A stretch of 64,000 nt of DNA, taken from assembly GCA_965203295.1 (NCBI GenBank), contig CBDBCZ010000017.1, positions 320,001 through 384,000 of the forward strand, read 5' to 3'. The stretch is from Nitrospirales bacterium. GTDB taxonomy: Bacteria > Nitrospirota > Nitrospiria > Nitrospirales > UBA8639. This document shows positions 34,779 to 61,811 of this stretch, in pieces; the first letter of the stretch is position 1, and every line of letters begins with the position of its first letter. The notes beneath the pieces were generated by a model. The model had not been told where the DNA came from, made no database searches, and worked only from the letters and a program-made list of their open reading frames with translations. A program made the position numbers and the translations under genes.

Positions 34779-35066
34779 ATGGCAGCCTTTCAAGATGCAC
34801 AGCAGCAGTCAACCAGTCAAGAACCCTCTCGAGCAGCCACGGTGGCCCAGAAGTTGGGGGAATTGGGTGATAAAATCGAAGCCCAATATTGTGAGGAGAT
34901 GAAAGAGATAGTCCCGTTATTCATCCAGACAATGTTTGAGCAGTGGCTGCAGAAGCAAGGAGGATGGGGACGGTTGGTAGCCAAGAGGACCAGTGGTAAA
35001 ACCGTATTTTTTTTTATCAAAGTCATCACTCAGGGCCAGTTGATAGTCACGACAACCGCTAATTGA
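34779..35066 (+). CDS. Intronless, internally deleted Bak-like ORF (95 aa; BH3 joined to BH2, no BH1 core); either a pseudogene or a BH3-only-like protein
   Basis: AFQDAQQQ...VAQKLGELGDKIEAQYCEEMKEIV | PLFIQTMFEQWLQKQGGWGRLVA aligns to gene E on both sides of a ~70-residue gap. Confidence 0.55.
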   Translation: MAAFQDAQQQSTSQEPSRAATVAQKLGELGDKIEAQYCEEMKEIVPLFIQTMFEQWLQKQGGWGRLVAKRTSGKTVFFFIKVITQGQLIVTTTAN

Positions 35067-36289
35067 GGGAAGCACATTTTCCTTGATTTCAGAATTACCT
35101 TTTGGTGCCATTTTGGGTAATCAGCTAGCAGTTTTTGAAAAAAAAATTGAGTATGTAAACAGTGTATGGTGTTTTGAATTAAACTCTGTACAGTTAACTG
35201 TCTGACTTGGTCATCAATACTCTTTTCTGGTGTTCATTATATCTGCTGTTCATTATTGTAATTTTGCTGAATAAAAATTTGTTAAGCTTGTGACATTAAC
35301 CCCACATCTCTGTAAGACGTGTTTGATGGTTCTATTAGCCTCGTACACTGCCTTTTCTTCCTACTTGGTCATCAATACTCTTTTCTGGTGTTCATTATAT
35401 CTGGTGTTCATTATTGTAATTTTGCACTGATGTCTGAATAAACATTTGTTAAGCTTAACCCTACATCTCTGTAAGAAGTGTTTGATGGTTCTAGTAGCCT
35501 CGTACACTGCCTTTTCTTCCTGCAAGCTAGTGTGGGGAAGGCCAGGGTACGATGCAAGGGTTCTACTCTACCAACTTCAACGATGGCTAATGACATGCTG
35601 GAGCAGTAGCTATTATACAGATATCAACACTGTAGCTGGAGCAGTAGCTATTATACAAATATCAACATTGTAGCAGACGTTTATAGGAAGCGTTCAATGT
35701 ACCACAGTCAGGAGGTATATATGTTAAATGCTACTACCCGATACAATGCAGGGTCACAGCCCAAGGGCTGCTTTCTTGTGCACTCTGTTCTCCAAGGGTT
35801 CCCAGAAAAGCGCCATGATGTAATGACCTCAATATAAGATGATGTTACATCATACGTGCATAATACCACAGCCACACCACCTAAACTGTGGTTTATTGTA
35901 CTCTTCTGGTAAACATCTGATACAATTATATTGTCACTTACTGCTCCAGCATGTCAGTATTGATCCTTATTGTGTTGAAGTTGGTATATAGTAGAACGCT
36001 TAAAGTATTCTTAATGAGATCTGCAGTCACTAATTTAGCTCATTGTGTAGCTACAGAGAACACCCCTCGACATAAACAAGTGAGGTACTCTGATGCTTCG
36101 ATGGGTTAAACTCTAGGAGCAAAATTCCAATAGTAGCTATTTCAGACATTAGTATAAAAGCATGATAGAGATAAAAGAGTATGATAAAAGAACGAGATTG
36201 TGAAGGTGATTTCGACACCCAGGAAAGTGTGCTTCCCTCGACTAGTGGTGGTCATGGATGTCAATTGGCTGTGATCGTGGATATATTAC

Positions 36290-37037
36290 TCAGAAGTAGC
36301 TGAAAGCTCATACTGCAATAGAGCTGATCCCAATCGCGAGGGAGGCATAGCTACTTGGCCCATGGCTCATGAAACACTAGCTTTAACCATGTAAAAGTTA
36401 GTTAACAGATTGGGGGCGTGGCCAGGCTGAGACAGGCACAGTGATTGGATGCTTGCCTGTGCATGTGTGAGGTCGCCTAGGTGCACTCAAAGTCACAAAA
36501 AAATAAGCAGAGGAGCAGTTTGAGCACGTGCCAGAGCTTTGAGAGCCATAGCATAAAAAGGTAGCTAGCTAATGTGATCTGTGGAAAGTTTGGCAGCTAG
36601 TAGGCCAGGACAGCTAGTAGGCCAGGACAGCTAGTAGGCCAGGACAGCTAGTAGGTCAGGACAGCTAGTAGGCCAGGACAGATAGTAGGCCAGGACAGCT
36701 AGTAGGCCAGGACAGCTAGTAGGCCAGGACAGCTAGTAGGTCAGGACAGCTAGTAGGCCAGGACAGATAGTAGGCCAGGACAGCTAGTAGGCCAGGACAG
36801 CTAGTAGGCCAGGACAGCTAGTAGGCCAGGACAGCTAGGTTATACTACTGGGGGTTGTACACCTAGAATGGTTAGATTTCCCCATCTTCTGGGCCACCGT
36901 GGCTGCTCAAGAGGGTTCTTGACTGGTTGACTGTTGCCGTGCATCTTGAAAGTCTGCATGCCGTGGTACTCTAGCTAGTGGTTGAACGGTTTACTCGGTG
37001 GGTACTACGCAACTGTCGTTTGTGTGCCTCTTTTTAA
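36290..37037 (-). pseudogene. Degenerate inverted paralog of the 34779 ORF / gene E (BH3-proximal part with an in-frame TGA, plus TM relic)
   Basis: ~36877-37037 is the reverse complement of ~34707-34864, with CGA changed to TGA. ~36290-36360 matches the gene E TM tail. A 17-bp array lies between the two parts. Confidence 0.75.
36594..36838. repeat. 17-bp tandem repeat (cagctagtaggccagga), ~14 copies
   Basis: Directly visible. Confidence 0.95.
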
Positions 37038-37985
37038 TCAAAGGAACGAAAGACGGAAGATTACAATTGAACATGTTAAGGTCCCGGTCTCTGCTGTACT
37101 TTTTACAAAACGTATACTAATTTGTTCACTTAACAGACTATCCAACAGCACTCATACCCTAGATCTGCAGTGGATTGAGAAGTGAGTGTGACGCTGTATG
37201 GATGGTTAACTATCACCATGTTAAAAGTGACGCTCTCTACAATAACTTATGCAGAAGGATTGCTGGATCAGGAGTGGATGCCAGAATGGCATGGCCCAAT
37301 ACATTTCCTACAGTAGTGCGTTACATAGTATTATTATCATAAATTCATAGTATAATCGGTGTGCCATACATGAAAAAAGGTACGACGCGCACCCACCAAG
37401 TTGGTTGGTTGTTTCAGCAGGTCAGCAAAAAAGGTCCCAAAAACTAGGGGATTTCTTTGCAGTACAAGAGTTTAGATTTTGGCAGTACCAGCAGTAGAGG
37501 ATACCTCATATCCATTATATATCACAGCCTGTGTACAGTTCGCATGTACTTGCATGCAATAGTGACACTGATCTCACGTCATTACTTACTCAGTGGCAGC
37601 TCGCCGCTGCATTCAGTCATGGTCGCTCAATCAGTAAGTGCAAAGTAAGGGTTGAGTCGAACTAGTTAACCATTTTATGATGTCATTGCACAATAATTAT
37701 GATGTAATTAATTGTAATTATGACACTGTGACACAGTTGGTGGGTTGTTTTGGGGGGTCTGAAAAAAAAGGGGCTGTGCATCTTGGACTTTTTTTGCTGG
37801 GGCCTCCTGGTATAATGAAGACTTTATATAGACACTGGTGCAAAGTATAATAAAGATCAGATCAGAAAAACAGTGGTGAGCAATAGCCATACTGTCACTG
37901 TACAGAGCAAATTAAATACGAAAACATCTCCACAACAACACATTCACTACGAACACCGGACAACACCACATAATGCACACAAGAC

Positions 37986-40814
37986 TCATTTTGATCGGAA
38001 GTAGCTGAACGCCCATATCGCAATAGAGGTGATCCCGATAAAGAGAAAGGCATGCTTGCCCCACCCACTGGTGCTCATGGCTACCAACTGTCCCCACCCT
38101 CCTTGACTCTTCAGCCACTCGTAGAACTTTGCCTTGATGAGGAACTGAAACAGCCAGCTGCCAACCATGGCCAGGAAAGAGAGGAGCCCATAAGAGGAGG
38201 TGAAGTGGCTACTGATGTAGGTCTTGCACAGGTGGTAGCAGTAGGCAAGAAGGGCTGCCAACCGACCAATGTTTATTTTGGCAGCTCCATTTTCGTCCCA
38301 CTCAAACAGGTTTCGTACGATGTCATGGAACATGGCAAATGCTGTTTCCGGAGACTCTGTCAGCTTCACTATCTCTTCCATCTCATCGTGGTACTGGGCG
38401 TCGATTTCATCACCTGCAAGGAGGGAGGTTAATCTTATCCCAGAGGCTCGTTCTCTGACTCAGCTCCCCAGCTTTATATCTATCGCACTGTGTATAAAAG
38501 CAGGGAGGGAGCTGCACTCTTAAACTAGAAGTCTCTAGCAGAGACATACCCCGCGGTGCATAATTCACAACTTGGAGCTGGCAGGACTGTAGACTGGGCT
38601 GATCGAGTAGTTGGCAAAGTGTACATGTATATCACTGGCTGTGTATCCGCACGCAGAGTGTACAGCGCTCGCGTACGCGTATATATCTATCCTATGGGAA
38701 GTGGTGGGCGTGACTGATTGCCAATATGAACACGTGACCAGAGTCCGTATATGCCCGGCCTCTATCGTATTCTAGTTGTGACCGTATTAAAATGGCAGAA
38801 TGCACCGTTGTTAAATAAGAAAGAGCTGTAGATACAGCGAATGGAACCGCTTTGGCGACTATCAGGTACACACCCGGACATTTTTTTTTTGATTTCAATG
38901 TTACTGTCGTGTTTAGCAATCGCTTAACCCTGTAAATCGCGAGATAGCCTGATTTTTGAGTGGACAGACAACAGATGGACAGACGGACCGACGGACAGAC
39001 AGACAGAACCAATCGCTTAACCCCGCCGCATACGCGCGGGGTAAAAAAACGGAAGGAAAGTGCCAGAAGAGGGTCTGGTGCAGTTGATACAGAAGGCCTC
39101 CATGGGATGTAGCTTGTATGGCTTACTGTGGGTGCGATAATTGAGGCGGGAAGTTCCAAAGTTAAGTGAGTGTTTAAAAACTAGTGTAAACAGTCCTTCC
39201 GTTTTTTGTTGTTTTTTTTGCGAGTGCAGGGAGGGTCTGGGGCCAAGACTAGGAGACAGCTTGCTACAATTCATCACATGACGTACATCAACAGTGTGAC
39301 GTAGGGTGTTTGGTTTGGTGTGTGGTCCGGGAACAAGGCTAGGAGTCCGTAATCTTGTGTTCTTCCATTTAATAAGTATACACCCCTGTGGATGAGCAAT
39401 AATTATGTACGGGGGAGGGAGGGGGGGGGGGGGCAGGATTACTATAGTAAAGACCACTACTATTCATGTCGGGGGGGGGGGGGGAGGGGGCAGGACTACT
39501 ATAGTAAAGACCACTACTATTCATGTCGGGGGGGGGGGGGGCAGGACTACTATAGTAAAGACCACTACTATTCATGTCGGGGGGGGGGGGGGGGGGGGGG
39601 GGGGCAGGACTACTATAGTAAAGACCACTACTATTCATGTCGGGGGGGGGGGGGGGGGCAGGACTACTATAGTAAAGACCACTACTATTCATGTCGGGGG
39701 GGGGGCAAGACTACTATAGTAAAGACCACTACTATTCATGTCGGGGGGGCAGGACTACTATAGTAAAGACCACTACTATTCATGTCGGGGGGGGGGGGGC
39801 AGGACTACTATATAAAGACCACTACTATTCATGTCGGGGGGGGGGGGGGGGGGAGCTAAGTCACAAGTGATCGACTGTCTAGGGGTGGATAGACTACTAT
39901 TTGTGTCAGGGGGAGCTACGTAAGTCACAAGTGATTGACTGGCTGGGGGGGGAGCTAAGTCACAAGTGATCGACTATCTAGGGGTAAATAGACTACTATA
40001 ATTATGTGTCAGGGGGGAGCTAAGTCACAAGTGATTGACTATCTAGGGGTGGATAGACTACTATATGTGTCAGGAGGGAGCTAACTCACAAGTGATTGAC
40101 TGTCTGGGGGGGTGGATCTACTAATTATAGGGGGGGAGCTAGTCACAAGTGATTGACTGTCTGGGGAATTCCCGAGACAGTGCTTAGCATCCACTTAGTC
40201 TTAGGGTTTGGGTTAGATTAGGGTTACGGTTAGGGTTTAGTTAAGGGCTAGGAGGCTAACCGTTGGGTTTAGAGCTGGCTACAGTGCTTCATTTTCAAGC
40301 TATTCACTAGATCACAAGTGTGCATGCGAGTGCATACCCCATACAAATGCACATGCTAACATACTGTCTCTAACGGCGATCTGGGGGAGGAGGGGGGCGG
40401 GGGTGGACACACTACTATCAGGGGGGAGCTAAGTCACATTTATTTAACTGTTGGGGGAGGGGGGGGGGAGAGGCTGTCTGCTAAATACATCTGGGGTACT
40501 GCTTTTGCCAAATTGTTTATCCACAGGGTATTAAATAGAAAAGCCCAAAATTATGTGGACTTACCCAATTCCGCCAGTCTCCGGCCCACCATGGCCGCCG
40601 AAGTGGCTTCCTCTCTACCGGACTGTTGATGCGCGCTTTGGAAGGTCCTCGCTTGGTCTCCGGAGAGGGCGGCGTCCGTATTCGCTCGCTGGAACACGTA
40701 CTCCAGAAGGGCACTTTGCGTTTCAGCCTCGTTCTCGTCCGAAGCTTGCGCGTCCAGGCTCAGTTCTGGGAATTTACTTTTCATGGAGACCATCCTTTGT
40801 TCGCCACCGGCCAT
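37986..40814 (-). CDS. BAK1-like: Bcl-2 family, Bak-like gene E (225 aa, 2 exons); the most Bak-like member
   Basis: Exons 40814-40565 and 38413-37986 (678 nt). Helix-1 ETQSALLEYVFQR (compare Bak DTEEVFRSYVFYR), BH3 VGRRLAELGDEID (compare Bak VGRQLAIIGDDIN), BH1-like INIGRLAALL, BH2 FYEWLKSQGGW, TM AFLFIGITSIAIWAFSYFRSK. Confidence 0.9.
38670..39045. mobile_element. Helentron/DINE-like non-autonomous element; related element at ~57195-57690
   Basis: Terminal hairpin ttaaccccgccgcatacgcgcggggtaa next to a gacagacag/gacggac microsatellite. A mirrored arrangement lies at 57195-57260. Confidence 0.5.
39413..39853. repeat. Array of 8 near-identical 37-bp units separated by variable poly-G, followed by a second degenerate array (to ~40165)
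   Basis: caggactactatagtaaagaccactactattcatgtc plus G-runs of roughly 7-26 nt, inside the gene E intron. Confidence 0.93.
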
Positions 40815-41330
40815 GATAAACTAGACGTGGAAGCCCGAAGGTTTTCGTCTTGAATGGTACTACATATAAAATATACACGCACTGGTATGACGTAAAATTA
40901 CGACTTGGGCGCTGGGCGTGGCTAGGCTAGCTAGCGCGTCATTAATAGTATTATTACTGTTTTTGAAAAATCATGATAGCACATTACGTCATTTGTTATT
41001 AATAGCTAATTCTAGTTAGTTCTCTATCACTATGCAACTATAGACTCTGAATGAAAGCGACGTGGGGGATAACGAAAGGGAACCAGTACAGTATAAGAGG
41101 CGGTGGTAAGAGCGCTTATAAGAATGAGTGAGTTGATACCAGAAACTGACAGAAAAAAAGAAGAGAGCGAAATATATACCGTTCTGACTTGATTTAGTAC
41201 TCTGACCTTTCATAATTGCCCAGCGATACGTAGCTACATGTTTGAAATTTGAATTTGATATAGACTATAGTCTTACCCCAAGCACAAACGTACTATACTC
41301 AAAGCCACTCTGAAAGGATAGTCTCAGAGA

Positions 41331-41975
41331 ATGTCTGCCTTAGCGAGCAATCGTCGCAGATCTCCGTTTGAACAAGCCACACCGAGGGAAGATACGACAC
41401 TGCACGTAGCTGACTCCAATGACCAGCACATTAGGAACTTTGCTAGAATTTACATCCTGAGTCAGTTGAGAAGACACAACTTCAATGATTTGGCTGATGA
41501 GCTATCGGAGTTTGAACAACCGGAAGACGAATCACATCATCATGCCCTTCAGATGATAGCCGATCAGCTCGCAGACGAACGACAGGACCAATTTCGAGAA
41601 ATTCTCTACCGCCTGCAGCTCAACGAAGAGAATTTGCAAGAAACGTACGACACCATTGTCAGAGAAATTTTCTCTGATGGGGTACACTGGGGGAGGATTC
41701 TCGCGTTCGTAGTGTTCTCCGGTTCGGCTGCTGTCTTCTGCGCCGAGCACGGCATGAGATCGAGAGTGAGGGACATCGTGAACTGGACCGAAGCTGCCTT
41801 CCACAGGCAGCTCTGGCAGTGGATTCTCGAGAGGGGAGGTTGGAGGGCCTTTGTGAACCATTTTGGCGATGGATCCTGGAAAATGGATGCAACGGGGCTG
41901 TTGACTGGAGTTGGGATAGTGGTAGCGGCCCTCGCAGGTGGCATGTTTCTGCTGAAAAAGCTGTTCTTTGACTAG
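41331..41975 (+). CDS. BCL2-like: Intronless pro-survival-type Bcl-2 family protein F (214 aa)
   Basis: BH4-like IRNFARIYILSQL, BH3-like ALQMIADQL, canonical BH1 EIFSDGVHWGRILAFVVFSG, BH2 WQWILERGGWRAF, TM LLTGVGIVVAALAGGMFLLKK. Confidence 0.93.
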   Translation: MSALASNRRRSPFEQATPREDTTLHVADSNDQHIRNFARIYILSQLRRHNFNDLADELSEFEQPEDESHHHALQMIADQLADERQDQFREILYRLQLNEENLQETYDTIVREIFSDGVHWGRILAFVVFSGSAAVFCAEHGMRSRVRDIVNWTEAAFHRQLWQWILERGGWRAFVNHFGDGSWKMDATGLLTGVGIVVAALAGGMFLLKKLFFD

Positions 41976-42929
41976 TATAATATAGTCCCAAACTCTTTTA
42001 GTTTGTGCTGTGTTGGTTTGATAGCATAGTGATACTAAAGATGTCACTACCCAAAAAACAGTTCAACAGTATTCATCCCTCTTTACTGATACATGTACAT
42101 GTAGTGGTTATATTCATTTGCCATGAATTCCCCGGTATTGTGATTTCTGCTGCTCTGTCATTTTCAGAATGCAATTCATTTATCCCTGTATATCCTTTTT
42201 GTTCTGTTTGGACATTGAATTTGGAATTAATGTCGGAAGCAAATGATATCCATCACCAGTGCTACTAAAAATAGTAGAACTGTACATTCCCAAGAAGATA
42301 TGCTTGCAGTTTCAGTGTCAATGCAATAAGGCCTTAATCTGCATGAAGAGATTAAAACCTATAAGGCCATGGATTATGCATTCATACATATAGTAGAAAC
42401 TTCTGGAATTAGTACATTTGTAGCTAGTTATCTAAAATAAACTAAAAACAGAAAGCATTTTAGTGGGAACCCAAAAAAAATATTTTAGAAACTTCAAGGG
42501 TGGGATTACCAAAATCAACCCACTTACATGTAGTTATTATGTATTACCAAAGGTGTTTTAATAATATTAAATATACTCATTTTTAGAATGAGTTACATGT
42601 ATCTATATCTGTTTTTTTGCTCCTACTAAAACACTTTTAGATATTAGTTTCAGATACTACATACAGAACTGATGGGGGGCTGGAGATGTGATATATAGTA
42701 TCATAGTTACCCTGAATCTGGTGGGTTTCAGCATTTACGTATCATAGTGACTGGCTTTCAGTTTGGGTTGTGGGGTGCAGGGGCATAGAAAATGGCTAGC
42801 CGCCTTGCGTGTATTGACATTCGAAACTGGTGGATTTTGGCAGCTAAGTAGCGTAACAGAGAAGGCATAGATCGAGAGATTTTGTCACTAGGCAGCTAGA
42901 CATATACGGTAAGAAAAATGTACAAGGGA

Positions 42930-43360
42930 AATCTTCGGAATGATATCAGAACAAAATAAAGTTGAGGGAAGTCCCGAGATGGTACCAGAACCAGCTAGAA
43001 CTGACTACATGCACCAGCTAGAGATGGTACCAGAACAGACTAAACATGGAACTGGGGGGGAAGTCTCGGGAATGGTACAGGTACCAGCTAGAACTGACTA
43101 TACGCACCTGGGGGAGTCTAAAGCTGGGGGGAAGTCTTAGGAATGGTACAGGAACAAACTGAAGCTGGGGGAAGTCCCAGGAATGGTTCTTGAACTGACT
43201 ATTGTTGGAGGAGTCTTGGGAATGGTACTGAAATGGACTATATATAGCTGGGGGGAGTCTTGGGAAGGGGAATTCTATATGGCCGTATGGTATTCCCGGC
43301 CTGGGGAATTCCATGTGGTGGTACCGAACCACTAAAACTGGGGGGGAAATCCCCATGAAT
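42930..43360. repeat. Degenerate minisatellite (ggtaccagaacagactaaagctgggggaagtc-like); same family at ~54490-55200
   Basis: Recurrent atggtacc/agctggggga/aagtc units at both loci. Confidence 0.75.
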
Positions 43361-43738
43361 GGGATACTCCACATCAGCATCAACAATGATTTTATCAGGG
43401 ACTAGTACGTATAAACGTATGAATACTGTATATGCAACTGATAGACCAACAGTTGAGCCAAATAAACTTTTAAATTAAAAAAAACGTTTCGAAGAACACT
43501 TCTGATTTTAAAATGTTTACTGACCATACACAACAATCTAGTACACGTTCATAACACGGTGACGAATAAAAGGCAAAACCAACGCATTGATGATGTATAT
43601 ATAATAATAATTCCCTGTGACAAAGAAAGAGATGCAGTCATGAGAAACAACGAACCAGTACAATGACCCTAACAATAGTTTGATTTTGGTAAACATAAAT
43701 GCTTATACACGATAGCAGATTACAAAGACGAGAGGCCA

Positions 43739-59235
<15,497 letters not shown>

Positions 59236-59978
59236 GATTATTAGGCTCGGTCCCCAGCTCGACCTGGGCGGGATCTTGGGCACGAGACTTGGCTCCTGCG
59301 CATGCGCACAACAAATATTTAATTAGTTTAATTGGGGTAATCCCCGGATTCCAATATAGATCATATTATGATTCCAATCGCTAAGCAGTATATACATACA
59401 TGTACAGTAAGCCTATAGCACCGCTTGTGTACGTGTGTTAGTGATCTCATTTGCGCGGCACGATCACTAATGAGAGCCGAGTGGCTGTTGTTGTCGAGTC
59501 ATTTCCCGAGGGGAATTCACTGCAGTGAGGTAATGAGACCGATTTGCTGAGCTTTTCATTTGTCCCAGTCGCCACACTGTGTGTCGTATGTTATTACTAT
59601 ACCGGTTTATATAATAGCTAGCCCTGCAGTACAGTATAAAGAGCTGGTTATTTCATGCATGTGTTCCTGCTAATGTAAACCAATGACTTAAGCTTTAATG
59701 TACCACATGCAGCTGAGGCAGCAAAGTCAGTAAACTGAAGAGCAAAACATCCCCTGACATTCTCCGGGGATTCACCAGGGAACCTTTTAACTTCTCACTG
59801 TTGATACAATACGGCGGAGTAGCTATATCTGTGCAACAAAGTTACGGCAGCAGGGGTGTTTTCTGCTACCTTTGACAGCTTGCACCACAAGACTACTGGA
59901 AGACTACCTAAAGTAGCTATTTTGGCAGTGTCAGAGCACTTCCTACTCCAAAGGAGCGGAAGACCTGGTGAAGACAAG
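59236..59978. promoter_or_regulatory. Putative bidirectional promoter region between the RhoGAP and kinase genes
   Basis: Divergent ATGs. Perfect NRF1-type palindrome TGCGCATGCGCA at 59297-59308. kB-like sites GGGGTAATCCCC (59334), GGGAATTCAC (59511) and GGGGATTCAC (59766). Confidence 0.5.
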
Positions 59979-61811
59979 ATGAGTGCACAGTCTTCTTTTG
60001 GCTCTTCTTTGAGCACGATTTCATCCCTGGGAAGTGACTACCAATCCATCCCCGAGGAGTCCCTCATAATCCCCCCGTCGTGGCTACTGCGTGGTGTCAC
60101 TGTGAACCTCGCTGACATTCGTGGCAAGGGGTCTTACGGCACAGTCTTTGTCGCCCACTGGCACGGAAGTGAAGTTGCTGCCAAGAAGCTGCACGACATC
60201 TTCTTTGAGTTTTCAGTGGTGCCAGAGGCAAAGCGGGGCATCCTGAGGGCATTCGCTAAAGAGTTGAACATACTGTTCCAGCTGAAACATCCCAACATTG
60301 TCCAGTTCTACGGAGTCTTCAAGCCAAGCGGTTCCCTGAGCAACCTGGAACTGAGTCACGATTCTTACCTGATCCAAGAGTTGATGTGGAGTGCTTTGGA
60401 TGTGAGAAATCGGGCAAAGCCAAAGCTCAACCTCCGCAACGTCGTCGAGATAAGCCTCGGAATCGCCAGCGCTCTGCAGTACCTACACGACCGAAACGAG
60501 CCAATCATTCACAGAGATCTAGCCACAAAGAACGTCCTGCTAAGTTCTAGCGGAACCGCCAAGATTTCCGACCTCGGGGTGGCAAAGGTCATTCAGTTCG
60601 GCGAGCAGAGTTTGCCACAAACTCGGCAGCCGGGTACCGAACTGTACATGCCTCCAGAAGTGAAGATCGAAGGCTTGTCGTACTCTACGAGTGTCGACAT
60701 TTTCTCATTCGGCGTCATCATGCTTGAGATTTGTATCGGTCACGACGTCACTGCCAGCGAAGCTTTTCGCGTGGGTGAGTTAGGAATGGTGCGCTTAGTT
60801 CCCGAGGTAGAACGGAGGAAGAGGGACTTTCAGGATTTGAGTAACCACGTTTTGAAGCCACTTATCATGCAGTGTCTCGATACATGTAAAGATCGACCAA
60901 CAGCAAATGCAATATGGGAGCGCTTGACAAGAGTCAAGGATACAGCACAGTACAAAAGCGCACCGGAAAGCCGCATTGTGCCTACATTGGAGCCCGTGCA
61001 ACCGAGTTTGAATCAGCAAAGCTCTCGAGCATTGTCCGCAAGATGTGAAATGCTGGAGGAAAAAGTTTCAGTGCTCCAGGGCGATAAACAGCACCTGGAG
61101 AGGAAGCTCAACTCTTACATGCAAGCAGAAAGAGAGGAGAGTGAACCACTCCATCAGGAAACAGAACGAGTGAAGGGAGAGAATGACAGACTACGAGCCG
61201 AAATCGATCAACTACGGGCAACTGTGCGACAGAAGGAGGTGGAAATTTCCGAGCTGACGAGCTTCAGTTCTCCTCCTTCTAGTCTCACCGATCCGCAGTC
61301 TCGCGACCAGAGAGCTACTCTACTGCACAGAGTCAACACACTGCACGCCAACGTCAGCCGGCTGGAAAAACAGATCCAAGCACTGGAAGAGGAGAACTTG
61401 GAACTGAGACAACAGCAGAAAATACACAATGGTAGCAGCGGGCACTCTTCCAGCGGGCACTCCTCCAGCGGACCAAGTAGCCTACCAACGCTGTCAAGTT
61501 GGTCTAATCAACACTCAGGTTTATCAAAATCTGTGAGTGACGATTCAATATCGGCAAAATCAGAAATTAAACAACTGAAAAAGATGATCGATAAGTTGAA
61601 GACCGTCAATGTCGAGCTAGATATGAAACTGAAAGATGCTAATTTACGGCTGCAAGAATACGGTATGAGACAGACGGATTCCGATGTCATGTATCGCATG
61701 GAGGCCGAGCACTTGAGAGCAGAAAACGAAAGATTACGATTGCAACTTGAGAGTGTTCAGCAAGAAAATTACAGTTTGCTGAGAGAAATAACTGCGTGTA
61801 GACCATACTAA
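59979..61811 (+). CDS. Intronless TKL-type protein kinase with C-terminal coiled coils (610 aa from ATG 59979)
   Basis: GKGSYGTV, VAAKK, HPNIVQFYG, HRDLATKN, DLG, PGTELYMPPE and DIFSFG motifs, followed by a heptad-rich tail. Confidence 0.93.
   Translation: MSAQSSFGSSLSTISSLGSDYQSIPEESLIIPPSWLLRGVTVNLADIRGKGSYGTVFVAHWHGSEVAAKKLHDIFFEFSVVPEAKRGILRAFAKELNILFQLKHPNIVQFYGVFKPSGSLSNLELSHDSYLIQELMWSALDVRNRAKPKLNLRNVVEISLGIASALQYLHDRNEPIIHRDLATKNVLLSSSGTAKISDLGVAKVIQFGEQSLPQTRQPGTELYMPPEVKIEGLSYSTSVDIFSFGVIMLEICIGHDVTASEAFRVGELGMVRLVPEVERRKRDFQDLSNHVLKPLIMQCLDTCKDRPTANAIWERLTRVKDTAQYKSAPESRIVPTLEPVQPSLNQQSSRALSARCEMLEEKVSVLQGDKQHLERKLNSYMQAEREESEPLHQETERVKGENDRLRAEIDQLRATVRQKEVEISELTSFSSPPSSLTDPQSRDQRATLLHRVNTLHANVSRLEKQIQALEEENLELRQQQKIHNGSSGHSSSGHSSSGPSSLPTLSSWSNQHSGLSKSVSDDSISAKSEIKQLKKMIDKLKTVNVELDMKLKDANLRLQEYGMRQTDSDVMYRMEAEHLRAENERLRLQLESVQQENYSLLREITACRPY

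Noticed and set aside
39413..39853. CRISPR-like look: 37-bp repeats with variable spacers
   Set aside because: The spacers are only poly-G, there are no cas genes, and the array lies in a eukaryotic intron.
41532..42047. Antisense ORFs over gene F
   Set aside because: They are shadows of the Bcl-2-like CDS with no independent motifs.
59856..59978. GTG-initiated N-terminal extension of the kinase
   Set aside because: This is a eukaryotic gene, and the first in-frame ATG at 59979 is the likelier start.
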